The notes beneath the pieces are model-generated. The model made no database searches. It was not told the origin of the DNA and worked only from the letters and a program-made list of their open reading frames with translations. Below, piece after piece: positions 25,971 to 38,939 of a stretch of 64,000 bases of DNA. Within the stretch, counting starts at the first letter, position 1; the number at the start of each line of letters is the position of its first letter. A program made the translations under genes and the position numbers. The stretch is taken from assembly GCA_964016885.1 (NCBI GenBank), contig OZ024741.1, forward strand, positions 295,058,001-295,122,000. Reading direction: 5' to 3'. Origin of the DNA: Eledone cirrhosa (lineage: Eukaryota).

Positions 25971-26389
25971 CACTCAGGTCTCAAATAATCGCCCCCTTCC
26001 TCCTGTCTACTTATTAATTTTTCTTATTTTTCCCAACCCACCCGCTCTTATTCCAATCCCCTTGCTTATCAAATTTTGCTTATCTATCTCTGGCTAAATT
26101 TTATTTTAAGTAGTTGCAATCCTGTAACATTTAATTTTCTTTACACATCAAAAAAAATATTACACATGACAAAAAAAGTACAGTACTGGAAATCCCATAT
26201 GTTATAAAATAAATAGGATGGGTTAGGGTCTCAATATGTAAACTAAATGACTAATTCTGGGGTTTTTTTTAAATCAATGGAGGTAACCTAGAAAAATTAC
26301 TGATTCCCCCCCCCTCCTTCTGTCTATTCCACACACACTCACACACCCCACTTATTCACCCCGACCCCCTATTATTTGGGACCCGAGTG
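25971..26389. mobile_element. TA-flanked MITE (CTCAGGTC family) inserted in a SINE-B relic
   Basis: 19-bp TIRs CACTCAGGTCTCAAATAAT / ATTATTTGGGACCCGAGTG (2 mismatches); TA duplicated. Confidence 0.88.
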
Positions 26390-26844
26390 TAGGTGTCAAA
26401 TGTTAAGACTGATTACCAACCATAGAAGCACACCATTCAACCCATACTTAAACCAGTATAGACTGGTGCACTTAAAAACCAACATAGTCATTGAGGTTTT
26501 ATTCAGCAAGAGATTGAAAACTGGGTTAACAAATTCTGTCACATTCAATTTATCTAAGTCAAACTAATTAGTTTGTCTCATTACCCATATCCATTTAATG
26601 ATGCTACCATCATTACTGTACTTATCTAACTCCACAGCTTATTGGTTTCTCTGGGATATGAGAGAGTCCTTCCCTCCAGTTGTAAAATTATCTGCATTAA
26701 ATTATCTTATTGCAAATTCTTTCTTTTTTTATGTCTCTTCAAATTATCCTAATTCTCTCTGGTTTTATATTTCTCTTATCTAAAAAAATGGATTATTTTG
26801 TGAATATTTTCTTATTTATAAAGCCAGAAGAGCTAGGTTTTTAT

Positions 26845-27002
26845 TCTTCTTCTTCTTCTTCTTCTTCTTCTTCTTCTTCTTCTTCTTCTTCTTCTTCTTC
26901 TTCTTTTTCTTTTTCTTCTTTTTCTTCTTTTTCTTTTTCTTTTTCTTTTATTTCTTCTTCTTCTTCTTCTTCTTCTTCTTCTTCTTCTTCTTCTTCTTCT
27001 TC
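26845..27002. repeat. (TTC)n / pyrimidine tract
   Basis: Two TTC runs around a TTTTTC segment; explains the poly-S, poly-E and poly-R ORFs. Confidence 0.95.
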
Positions 27003-27773
27003 TCCCACATATTCCTGAGAGGGTCGTGGGGGCACAGTTCTCAAATACTCCTGCCAGCAAGTCTTGTCAGAAGCAACCTTTTCCACTTCTTATGTTTTGT
27101 GCAGATGTAACTTTGAGGGAACATTGCTGTGAAAGCGTCTCAGGGTTAGGATCCATTTGTTATATCTTTACATTTTTACATAGAGATATAGAGGAAGAAT
27201 CGACTCCAGTACTAGACTGGTACTTTTTTTATCGATCTTGAATAGATGAAAGGCAAAGTTGACCTCAATGAGATTTGAACTCAGAGAGCTGAAATAGATA
27301 CAGCAAAGTGTTCTATCCAACATTCTAATGGTTCTGCCAATTCAACGCCTTTATGTACAACTTGTTAAACTTAATTATTGAAATTGAAGTACTGTTATTA
27401 AGGACCACAGTACAGCATACTGCAGGGAAGGGGTGTCATTTGTTATTTCTCCAGTAGAAGTACAAAACAAGATTAACTTGGCTACCTCTTACTCTATATT
27501 CCAGGAAAGATATTTCTGAAATCATAATAGAAATATTTTGATAATTGATTCAAAATAATCATTATTTAATCATCTAATTATTTTGGCTACATTGGTTAGA
27601 AATTTGCCAGACATGGATCTCTCGTCTTTAATTATCTGAGATTTTACATTTATATTCTGAGTTTGATTTCTACATTTCAATTGTCTTTGATTGATAAAAA
27701 TATATACCAGTAGCACATTGGGGTTGATTTAATTGATTATAATTTTTAGTCATGTGGTATTAAAAATTCTTAT

Positions 27774-27856
<83 letters not shown>

Positions 27857-29919
27857 ATAGATCTTCAATGTACATGAGTACTGTTCTCCAGTGGTGTTTA
27901 ACAAATTCAATCAAACAAACAGAATAACCTTATTAAAATTAAGATAATATTAGAAAAGATCAATAAATTAATAGCTATATGAATGAACACATGTTCAAAG
28001 ATACAACAGAAGACATACAGATGCGTTCTTTATTGATCTGAAACCCATACAACCCCATTGACACACTCAGTAATTTAACATTAAAAACTAATTTAGAAAT
28101 GTCTGCTTATCTATTCTTTATTCCTTGAGAAATACGTATTTCAATCTAGACGTGTATTGTAGTATGGCTTCAGGCTCCATTTAGATAGATTCTAACTGAG
28201 ATAGTTTTTAACAAAATATGCTGAAACTCTTAAACAGCTGAAGAATAGAAAATGGGGATGTTGGGATAATATCTTTAGAGAAAATTCTGTTAGGAATATC
28301 TAAGATGAGAAATGATCATAGTTATAAACTGATTTATTTAGCCTAGTGTCACCATTTTGGTAGCCTCAATCACTATGTTTTGGTCTTTGTATAGGTAGGT
28401 AAAAACCCTGTCAGTCATAAATGACCATGGGCTTTACACCTAGAAAGTTCCTCTTCAAGGCACAAAGTCTGGACAAGTGTTTTTTTTATGTGGAAGACCA
28501 GCTGTTGCATACTAATGCATACTAATGCATACTAATCTCCTCTCTCCACAGCACCAATGTTGTCCAAAGGAAAGGCAAAGACCAATGCAGCTTGGCACTA
28601 GTGAGGTTACAACTCGTTTCTACAGCTGAATAAACTGGAGCAATGTGAAATAAAGTGCCTTACTCAAAGGCACAACATACTGCCTGGTCCAGGAATTAAA
28701 TGTACAACCTGACAATTGTTGTCCATGTCTAATATCCAAAATAAAGTACCAATCATGTAATAGACAGTGTAATCAACTAGCCCTCTCTTAAAATTACTTG
28801 ACAATGTTATCTCTGATGTATAAAAACATAGATCTTTGATTATAGACCTGATCATAAGTCTAATCTGGAGCTAAACAATAAACTAGCATATATAACAACT
28901 GTATATACAAAGAAAATATTGTAATAGTCTTTATTTTAGTTGAATTATTTTAGTTATGTATAATTACATTATCAATATGTAACTCCTGTATCAATATAAC
29001 CTAATTTATCTCGATGTTGTGTCTAGCCTCAGAAACGATCCTGTTTTTTTCTTTTCTGTTTTTTCTTTGTTTTAACTGTGCTGGTATTGTTTTTTAGTCT
29101 GTATTGTTGTTCTGCAGCCAAATAGATTTGAAAATTTCAAAGGAAATTTATTTTCTTCCTTTTTTAGGCATAAAATAAACAATTAGAAACAAAACAAGTA
29201 GTTCAAAGACATTAATGTTTGGAATGGAGACAATCCCAGAAGGTTAAAGTAGAACCAACATCATAGTAAACAGATCAATACACAATAATATCTATATGAT
29301 CACAAATTGGCAGAAGCATTAGTGCATCGGACAAAATGCCTTGCCTTCTGTGTTCAAGTCTCTCCAAGGTCAATTTTGCCTTCTTTTCATTCTTCCAGGT
29401 TACTTAATATGGTAGCAACCAGTCAAAGGCAGTAGTGGACTAGCTGAATTGTTAGAGAATTGGACAGGATGCTTTGTAGTATTTGTTCCAGCTCTTTGTA
29501 TTTGGAGTGCAAATTCTGTTGTTGCCTACTTGGGTGGTTGACTTAATGTCATTTGGTTTAATCTGGCCCTTGTGTGCCTTTAACAGAGTTCACATTGTTG
29601 CAAGTATTTGAGCCAGGTCTATGGTTTGAAGATACATTAACCTACTCCCACAAACCCTGATAAAATAAAGGATTATATATATAGACAGGAGTGGGTAAGA
29701 GTTAGTTTCAAATTTCAAAGAGGGATTTTACAATTAGTTAGTTATTTGATTATATATTTTGTGACACTCAGAAAAAAGTCAAAGATTTCTAAACTTTTTT
29801 TCAATCTCTTATATTATCCAAATTTAAAGTAAATCTGGATATATAATCATCATTACTCTTTAACATCCATGTTTTCATGCTGGTATGAGTTATATATATA
29901 TATATATGTATATATATAT

Positions 29920-30091
29920 AACGAAGTAATTGTGTTAAGGAACCAGATGGACCATAACGCACCAGAGTACTCAATACTTAGAGCAGTAGAGTGGGTAATA
30001 AGAAAAGGTATGATCCCCGACGGCAGAGCTATTCAGTCCAGAAATAGCCGTCAAAACGGCTTGAGCTCTGCCATCGGGGTCATACCTTTTC

Positions 30092-30095
<4 letters not shown>
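29920..30095. repeat. Dispersed repeat with strong hairpin (relative at about 40222-40420)
   Basis: Shared leader aaggaacca..tggaccata.cgcaccagagtactcaatact...gagtgggtaata; hairpin at 30002-30091. Confidence 0.75.
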
Positions 30096-30145
<50 letters not shown>

Positions 30146-30324
30146 TCATCATCATCATCATCGTTTAATGTGCATCTTCCACGCTAGCATGGGTTTGGAT
30201 GGGAATTTTCCCAATTGAGGCAAGATTGGTTGTCTTGCTTGTATATATATATATATAGTAGTAGTAATAGGTAGGTAAAAATATCCAAGGTATAGAGCAA
30301 CGCAAGTTTGTAGGGCAAGTTTGA

Positions 30325-30528
30325 ATATAATTATTAAGGCAAGTTACTACAATGGCACAATACTAGGTACATACGTTTCATGAACCCTGAGGACCTTGTT
30401 CAACCTGTGCTAATGAAAATGAACTGGTTTATTTTCATTGGCACAGGTTGAACAAGTTCGTCCTCTGGCTAATGAAACATACATACCTGGTATAACTCCA
30501 TTTTAGTAACTGGCCTTAATAATTATAT
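30325..30528. repeat. Imperfect inverted repeat, ~100-bp arms, with degenerate hammerhead-like motifs
   Basis: atataattattaaggc...cttgttcaacctgtgctaatgaaaat pairs with attttcattggcacaggttgaacaag...gccttaataattatat; centre near 30425. Confidence 0.8.
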
Positions 30529-30552
30529 ATGTGTGTGTATATATATATATAT

Positions 30553-30586
<34 letters not shown>

Positions 30587-30990
30587 GGGTGGGACTATAT
30601 GTATATGTGTGTGTGTGTGTGAATTTGTGATTATAGTGTAGTACTTCACTATTCTTTGGAAAGGTGAGATAAGATCAATTATTATCTGATAATTTCCAGT
30701 TGCTCTGCAAATGGATGTGATATTTTAGCTGTATTGAAATGTGCAAAGAGATAAAAGAATATATGATAATTTCATATCCTTGACTTTCTTATAATTTTGA
30801 ATATATATAAATATATATATTAGTAGCACTGTCATTTCACCAATGACTAGGTCTTTGCATTCATGTGTGCTCCAGTCCATGCATTAATTATTCCATTTCT
30901 CTTTATATCGGTTTTTATTTCTTTATGTCAAAATATCAAGAAGACATTACAGTTGAGAGTTATTAGCTATCCCTACCAACATGAATGGGT

Positions 30991-31220
30991 ATCATCATCA
31001 TCATCATCATCATTTTTACATCCGTTTTTCCATGCTTTCATGTTTTGGATGGGTCCTTTTCAGAACAACATCTCTCCACTCACCTCACTCCTTCATCATC
31101 TCCTCTGTGAGACTCCGTGATTTGAGATCAGCTCTCACCACCTCTGCCCAGTTCTTCCTTGGTTCACTTTTACTGTGTTTTTGTTCCACTGGGATTTCCT
31201 GACACTTCTTCACCCAGTGT
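30991..31220 (-). mobile_element. Degraded RTE type-C 3' fragment
   Basis: (CAT)n tail plus similarity to 13690-13900. Confidence 0.75.
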
Positions 31221-32687
31221 ATTTATTTATATACACTTGCAGTTATAAGTATCATGTATGTATGTATGCATGTATGCTATTTTGGTTTTATTATTTTATA
31301 AATTTTCACCAGTAGAGAGGGGGCTAGTTTCTAATATAAGCACAAGACTCTTTCATAAGAATTTAGACATGAATTAGGTAAATACATATGTATATCTGTG
31401 TGTGTGTGTGTGTGTGTGTGTGTGCAAGTATGGATGTTATTGTATTTATGGATCTGCATGTTTAGAATTGTATGTTTCTGTTTCTACATATGAGTATATG
31501 CAGTTATTACATATGAAGAATTTCTGATATCTATGTGTGTGTGCATCCAGTCATCCAATAATGCAGCTTTCAGATACAGACTGTGTTGAAAGGTTACCTA
31601 CGTTTCAATAGCAGAAACTAGTTGACAATCCTCTAACATTGCATTATGAGATGAAGGAACTGAAAATACAGTTCTAATGTTATCAACATTGATTATTTCT
31701 TCGGTGATATTGAATCCAGATGACAATATTGATTCACTACACAGCATTCTCAGTTTCCATCAGGTCTACTTGTGCTGCTTAGAAATTGTCTAATTGACTT
31801 TAGTAAACACACACCAAATTCTGTTTAAGCTTATATAATACTCTTCGACATATCTGTCAATTGAATAACTTTAACAATTATTTCAAGCAGTTCAAACAGA
31901 AAGTTCCAGATTGAAACTGCATTTTTCAATGTATCTGGTGAAATGGTTTGTACAATTTATGGCATATTTATTGAATTATAAATTTGTCATCATTGGCCAA
32001 ATTTAGAATTTATTATTCTTTTACTGTTTTCCTGTCATTAAACCTTGGCCATGCATAGGAACCAGCTCCAAGGGGTTTAGTTGATCATATCAACCCTGGT
32101 ACTTATTTTATCAATCTCTTTTTGTTGAACCACTAAATAAACATGCAAAGAGCTTTTCCATAGTTTTCTATTACCAGGTTTCACTCACAAGCTATTGGTC
32201 AACTTGTTGTTATAGTAAAGGACTCTTGCCCAAGTTGTAACACAATGGGACTAACCCTAAAACTATGGCTAACAAGCAAACTCCTTAACCATACAGCCAT
32301 ATCTGCATCTATGTTTTTCCTTTTTTTCTACAGGCCATCCAACATTGGTGAGATAATGTGGAGTTCTTTGAACTTCTGTAGGTTGACATCTACTGGAAAA
32401 AATACAGACAGGGAGAGAGTTATGATTTGGCATGAGGTGAGGGATGAGAGAGGGTGGAGATGGGTTCGTTGTATGGGTGTTGGAAGAGAATGTATTTAAC
32501 ATGCTTGTTATATTATAGTGTTTGTTGTAGCCAAAATCCTGGAAGAGTTTTTGGATTAATCCATCACAACATACAATTTAATTTCTCCTGTACAGAAATA
32601 CATTTGTTTCGCCAAGTTCCTATTTGGGACATGTAATTCAGTGTCATATATTTGAAACATTTCAAATTGTATTAATATTTATTATTA

Positions 32688-32910
32688 GGGTGGTGGATTG
32701 ACAATATCGGTATAGCATTGGACAACGTGCTTTGAGGCATATAGTTACATTCCTTTATGGTCTGAGTTCAAATTCCACCGAGGTTAGCATTGCCTTTCAT
32801 CCTTACAGGGTTGATAAAATAAAGCACCAGTAAGTACTGGGGTCTATTTAATCGACTTTCCCCTCCCCTTCAAATTGCTGGCCTTGTGTCTAAACTAGAA
32901 ACTATAATTA
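32688..32910 (+). mobile_element. SINE family B
   Basis: A/B boxes and tgcctttcatccttacagggttgataaaataaag central domain. Confidence 0.82.
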
Positions 32911-34562
32911 TATATTCAGTAAGTACAAGCAGAAAGGTTAGAACATCAGAACTAATTAATGTCTTGTGGTATTTATTCCGGCTTCTTGCATTCTGATTTC
33001 AAATCACACTTAGATCTATTTTGCTTTTCGCCCTTCTGGGTTTTATAAAATAAAATAGCAGTGTAGGGCAATGGACTGGAAAAAATGAAATTGTGATAGT
33101 TAAAGTAACTAAGTACATTATTAATATTTGCAATTGCTATTATATTAAATCAATAGATTATTCAATGATAAAATAATCCTGAACAATTTCACTTAAGAAT
33201 TTATGTAATGTTTATATTACTTATATTTTTACTGATCTTTTATTATCCTCATTATGTGTAGGTTTTACTAATTATTTTATATAACATAGCTCACCTTGTT
33301 TCAGTTGTTCTAATTCATCCATGAAATTGTGTTTGCAACCACTCAAAGAGTTTGTTATATTTCACAGCAATACCCTTAATGTTTTCTGATTTTCACGTTT
33401 CATTTCTCAGTGTAATTATAAAACCTCTGATCTAAAGAATTACAATTTCTCTCATATGATTTTTTTTTTTGGCCTTTTTTTAATAAATAAATGAATGAAT
33501 GAATAAATAAATAAATAAATAAATAAGAACATTTTTTAGTACGTGAATTGACTAGCAAATTTTGTGAATCATAGCAACAACAAAAATTGCACTTTTGGGC
33601 TAAAACTTCATTCTGTTATCTTGCTGCATAGGTTTATTTGATCTTAAATAAACCTGGATTGTTTCCATACTAAACAGCAAGAATTTTGCCCTAAAATTAC
33701 AAGACATTTTCCAGTTCCCTGATGAAATATTACTGTTTTCACTTCATTTGATTGTTTGAAATTAGCATCGTTGGCAGATTTCCAACATATCTTTTCCAAC
33801 ATACCTTCTGGCTGTGTCTCCTATGTTCAAGGAAGTATTCAAGTTATTTATAAAAAGTGTTGAAACAATTTCTAGACAGTCTGATTGATTCATCTGCTCT
33901 TTAATGATCAGAACAGAATTGCCCAAAATGTACCATGTTTATTTTTAAGAAATACATATGTAAGCCAAAAAAAAAAAAATGAATAATGGTAATAAAATGA
34001 AATAAGACGAAGTAAATATAAGAATCCTTTCCAGCTAATTTGGTCTTCATTAGGTGTTAGTATGACCTAGCTAATGAATAAAAGAAGCTTAGAGGAAGAA
34101 TAAAGATATTGAATTTTTTTTCATTATAGATATTTTTGTGATTTGATTATTTTATTGCTCTTTAGTCAGGGAGGAGAAGACAGTTCTCATGACCTTTTTC
34201 TAGCCCCTCCAAACTGGAGGGATGGGGAAAGGTATTTTGAAACTGATACCCACCAGTGATGTTAAGGACAGATTAATATAGTTATTTATTCATATATATA
34301 TTATACTTTGGGAGGTTCATGCTGCTAATAAAAACACACTCACTTGTTGGTTTTCACCTCAATTTATTATAAACTCCCAGGTTGTTAGTTAAATAACCAA
34401 ATGGTTGTTTAGTTGTTGATTGCCAAATCTCTTTTGTCATGTATACTGTGACCTCCTTAGTGATTACTTTTGTTGTTTTTTTGTGTCTCTCCTTTGTTCT
34501 GTCCTACACCATCTTGTTTTTGTCATATATACATACATCATCATCATCTTCTATAAACATCT

Positions 34563-35435
34563 CTAGACTTTGGGTTTTTTCGCAAATGAAAAGAACACTT
34601 TGGGATTGAGTTTGATTTTCTCAATGGCCCAGGCCTCTTCAGCTGCTCTTTGATTGTTGATGATGAACATCATGCTGTTGTGGAGGTTGTGGTTTTTCGT
34701 TTCTAGTGATGTAAAGGCAGTCAAATAGGTGTGTTGCTGCTGGCAGTATTTTAGTTTGTTGATTTTTTTGCTAATTCTTTTAATTTTTATGATAAGTGTT
34801 CTTCTATTTCTAGGGATTCTGCACTTAGATTTATTTACAGATCTTAATGGGGTGGTTTGCACATATATTTGTAGCAGTGTCTACAAATGTCTGCCAGGAG
34901 TTTTTTTATGTTAGTGGGTGTATGAGTGTGCATGAAAGACCAATTGACATGTGCAAGATCATGATTGATCGCTTCCCAGTTTACATTATGAAGATCCATG
35001 TTGCCAAATGGATGAACTGGAGAGATTTCAGTGGGTTTGCTTTTTGGATGGTGTAAACTCAGATCACAGAGAATCGTGTCATGATCTGAGAGTAGAGTTT
35101 TTTTCCACTGCAATATTGTGAATAATGTCAGTGTAATTACTTGATATTAGGTCCAAGACATTTTTGGGGCACCTTGTTGGTTCAAGAACAAGTTGGGACA
35201 GGGAAAACTCATCCATGAAGTGAAGAAGTAATTCTACTGCCTCCTTGTCAAGGGGTGTTGAAGTGGAAAATACTGGTATCAAGCTGTTTGTGGACCAGTC
35301 AACACTGGGGAGGGGAGTTGAAGTCCCCCATCATTAAGATGTTTCCAGGGTAACACTGTTAGATGAAACACTTTATGTTGTTGAGACATTCCTTGAAGCA
35401 TGGTAAAGACATTTGGGGTGGCCTATAGAGCCACC
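34563..35435 (-). pseudogene. Degraded APE-endonuclease region of a CR1/L2-type LINE ORF2
   Basis: Frameshifted motifs LYRPP, MGDFN, SQLVLEPTR..NVLDLI, SDHD, KIKLNPKVFFSFAK. Confidence 0.8.
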
Positions 35436-35612
35436 TATATGAGATACTCACAATGTTATATGACATACCCCATTTGGAATTGATCTGATAGGGGCATTCT
35501 TGTGAATATGTCTTATAACATTTTATACATCTAATATTGTTTTTTGTCTGAAGAAGGTATGCTATAATTTATGTCAAACATAAATTTTTAACTTCCCAGA
35601 AATATATATAAT

Positions 35613-35793
35613 TGTTTCTACTATTGGCACAAGGCCAGCAATTACCCAGTACATTACTGGTACTTATTTCATCGACCCCGTAAGGATGAAAGGCAAAGTT
35701 AACCTCGGCGGGATTTGAACTCAAAATGGCAAGGGCCGTAACTCTATGCGTCAAAGCATGGCGTCCGACCCTCTACCGATACTGCCAATCCAC
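35613..35793 (-). mobile_element. Young SINE family B copy with 18-bp TSD
   Basis: TSD cccagaaatatatataat at 35595-35612 and 35794-35811. Confidence 0.92.
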
Positions 35794-35864
35794 CCCAGAA
35801 ATATATATAATGAAATAAATAGTGATGCTATAGTATTCTATCTTTCGTTTATTACTATCATTAG

Positions 35865-36003
35865 CATAGTTACGTCCCTTTACAGTCTGAGTTCAAATCC
35901 CGCCGAGGTTAACTTTGCCTTTTATCCTTACGGGGGTCGATAAAATAAAGTACCAGTAATGTACTGGGTAATTGCTGGCCTTGTGCCTAAAGTAGAAACC
36001 ATT
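35865..36003 (+). mobile_element. 5'-truncated SINE family B, inverted relative to 35613-35793
   Basis: gagttcaaatcccgccgaggttaactttgcc...gtagaaac. Confidence 0.88.
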
Positions 36004-36011
36004 ATATATGC

Positions 36012-36045
<34 letters not shown>

Positions 36046-36102
36046 ATATAAATATGTATGTATAAATATGTGTATATATAAATAAATATATATATATATA
36101 CA

Positions 36103-36489
36103 GGCACAAGGCTTAGTGGTTAGAGCATTGGCCTTGCAATCGAAAGGTTGTGAGTTCAATTCTCAGACCGGGTGATGTGTTGTTTCCTTGAGCAAGACAC
36201 TTTATTTCACATTGCTCCAGTTTACTCAGCTGTAGAAATGAGATGATAGGGACTGGGGTCCATATCATTCCACTGTAGAGTGGTCATGGAGGTGCCACGG
36301 CAAAAAATCACCAGCCCACACTGTAAAGTAGACGTGTAGGCGCCACGGAAAAAAAGCACCCAGTGCTCACTGTAAATGAGGTTGGTGTTAGGAAGGGCAT
36401 CCAGCTGTAGAAATCAAGCCAGAATCAGTTCCCGTCCCACCCTTGCAAGCAGGGAAAAGCGGACGTAAAATTAAATGAAATGATGATGA

Positions 36490-36490
<1 letters not shown>
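36103..36490 (+). mobile_element. SINE family A, longer variant
   Basis: Same head and tail as the 5481 and 11453 copies, with an extra internal ~55-bp unit. Confidence 0.9.
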
Positions 36491-36536
<46 letters not shown>

Positions 36537-36835
36537 GTATATATATATGTATCTATATATATGTATCTATATATATGTATATATATGTATCTATATATGT
36601 ATATGTATGTATGTATATATATGTATGTATATGTATGTATATATATATGTATGTATATATGTATATATATATGTATATGTATGTATATGTATGTGTATAT
36701 GTATGTATATGTATGTATATATATATGTATATGTATGTATATATGTATATGTATGTATATATGTATATGTATATATGTATATATGTATATGTATGTATAT
36801 ATGTATATGTATGTATATATGTATATATATATATA

Positions 36836-38070
36836 TTAACCTGGCTAAGACTAAAGTTCTAGTTTGTAGGAAAGAAAATAAGGCGGCGGTCCCTTCTGGG
36901 AAATGGTCATGCTCAGTGAGTAGGAAAGGCGTAGGTAGAAACTCCATTTTATGTCCCAAATGCAAAGTATGGGTGCATAAAAGATGTAGTGGGATCACAG
37001 GTAAGCTAACTAAGAACATAGATTTTACATGTGGCCGGTGCTCTGGTGCAATAAGTAGCAGCAAGTGCCCACATAATACTAGCTCTTTCAATTGCGCAGA
37101 GGGTTCTATAGAAATAGTGGACAGCTTCCGTTACCTGGGCGATAAAATCAGCAGTGGGGGAGGGTGCTCTGAAAGTACAGTAGCTAGAGTCAGAACTGGT
37201 TGGAAAAAGTTCAGAGAGCTTATACCACTATTAGCTGGTAAAGGGTTCTCCCTAAAAATGAAAGGCAGGTTGTACGATGCCTGCATACGAACAGCAATGT
37301 TGCACGGCAGTGAGACCTGGGCATTGTGTGCAGAGGATATACACAGACTAGAGAGGAACGAAGCTTGCATGCTCCGCTGGATGTGTAACAGTAATATACG
37401 TGAACGGCAAAGCATAAACGAACTAAGGAAAAGATTAGAAATAAGAGGGATCAGATGTTGTTTACTCGAGAGAAGGCTACGTTGGTATGGACACGTGATG
37501 CGCATGAAAGTCGATAGCTGTATAACAAAGTGCAGGGCAATAAAGATAGACGGTAGCCACGGAATAGGCAGACCTAGAAAAACCTGGGACGAGCTGATAA
37601 ACTCCGACCTCACACACTTATACCTCTCCAAGACAATGTCACTGGACCGAGACCTTTGGCGGTACTCAGTAACAGAGAAGACCCGCCTTACCTAAATACA
37701 TAGTAAAACCTACTACAGCCAGTAGGCATCTCTAACAAAATACACCCCGTCCCACCACCCCCACCCCATCCATGTAAAGTTATGTTGGTGCTGCGCCATC
37801 CAGGCCGAAACAAATGAGATCGTGTAGGTGTCACGACAAAAAAACACACAGTCCACGCTGTAATGTGGCCGTGTAGGCAACACGGTAAAAACCTCCCAGA
37901 CCCACACTGTAAATGTGGTTGGTGTTAGGAAGGGCACCCAACTGTAGAAAACCCGCCAGACAGTCCTATGCGAGCAAGACAATCACTCTTGCCTCAAGTG
38001 GGAATACCCCCGTCCAAACCCATGCAAGCGTGGAACACGGACGTTAAACGTTGATGATGATGATGATGAT
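36836..38070 (+). mobile_element. 5'-truncated RTE LINE (type B) with open C-terminal frame and full 3'UTR
   Basis: ORF from INLAKTKV to the stop at 37695; (GAT)n tail; the ORF's N-terminal part is microsatellite read-through. Confidence 0.95.
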
Positions 38071-38407
38071 TTCTTTTTTTTTTTATTTTCTTTTTATTTA
38101 TTTATTATTATTTTTTTTATTTTTTATTTCTCCTCGTGCAATGGCCATACTCGATAACGAGGGGGCAGCCATCATATGTATGTATATATATATATGTATA
38201 TATAAATGTATGTATGTAACAGAGGTGAGAAAAACCACAAACTCTCCATCTCAATTCTAGTTTTGAAAAGCATAATAACTGTGAAACTGGTTAAGGAAAC
38301 AAATATTCTTAAAAAGACTCCAGTTGTATTTTCAATTTCTTTTCCTTATGTATGTATATATGTGTATGTATAAGTATGTGTGTGTGTATATATATATATA
38401 TGTATGT

Positions 38408-38731
38408 GTCCATTGGATGTGTAATGTCAATGTGTGTGAACGACCGAGCATGGATGTGTTGAGAGAGAAACTGTGTCTGAGAGGGATAAATTGTAGTGTG
38501 TGGGAGACTGCCATGGTATGGACATGTGATGGGTGAAGAAGTACCGAGAAATGCCAGTTGAAGGAAGACGTAGTAGAGGAAGACCTCAAAAAACATGGGC
38601 GGAGGTGGTGAGAGCAGACCTCAGATCGTTGAAGCTCACGGTGGAGATGACGAAGGACCGTGACAAGTGGAGAGATGCTGTGTTGAATAGGACCCATCCC
38701 ACCCTTGCAAGCAGGGAAAAGCGGATGTAAA
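38408..38731 (+). mobile_element. RTE type-C 3' fragment
   Basis: [21 protein letters not shown]...[10 protein letters not shown]. Confidence 0.9.
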
Positions 38732-38939
38732 ATATATGTATGTATATATACATGTATGTCTATATATATATGTATGTATATGTATGTATATATATGTATG
38801 TATATGCATGTATGTATATGCATGTATGTATATGCATGTATATATATGTATGTATGTATATATATATATATATACATACATATTTGGTTCGCAAGATTAC
38901 TGTCTAGGAAAAAATAACACGGTAGTTTTATTTTTTAAG

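Noticed and set aside
26710-27086. Poly-Ser, poly-Glu and poly-Arg ORFs
   Set aside because: Frames of a (TTC)n tract with no other coding signal
31570-31780. hAT transposase C-terminal relic on the minus strand (FSVPSSHNAMLE)
   Set aside because: Only a short, weak motif resemblance with stops; needs TBLASTX
34605-34650. Minus-strand CTGAAGA...GAAA as a hammerhead
   Set aside because: Lies in LINE coding sequence (AEEAWAIEK) and lacks stems I and III
36493-36835. N-terminal part of the 400-aa ORF and all [12 protein letters not shown] ORFs
   Set aside because: Translations of TA, TATG and CA microsatellites that lack stop codons
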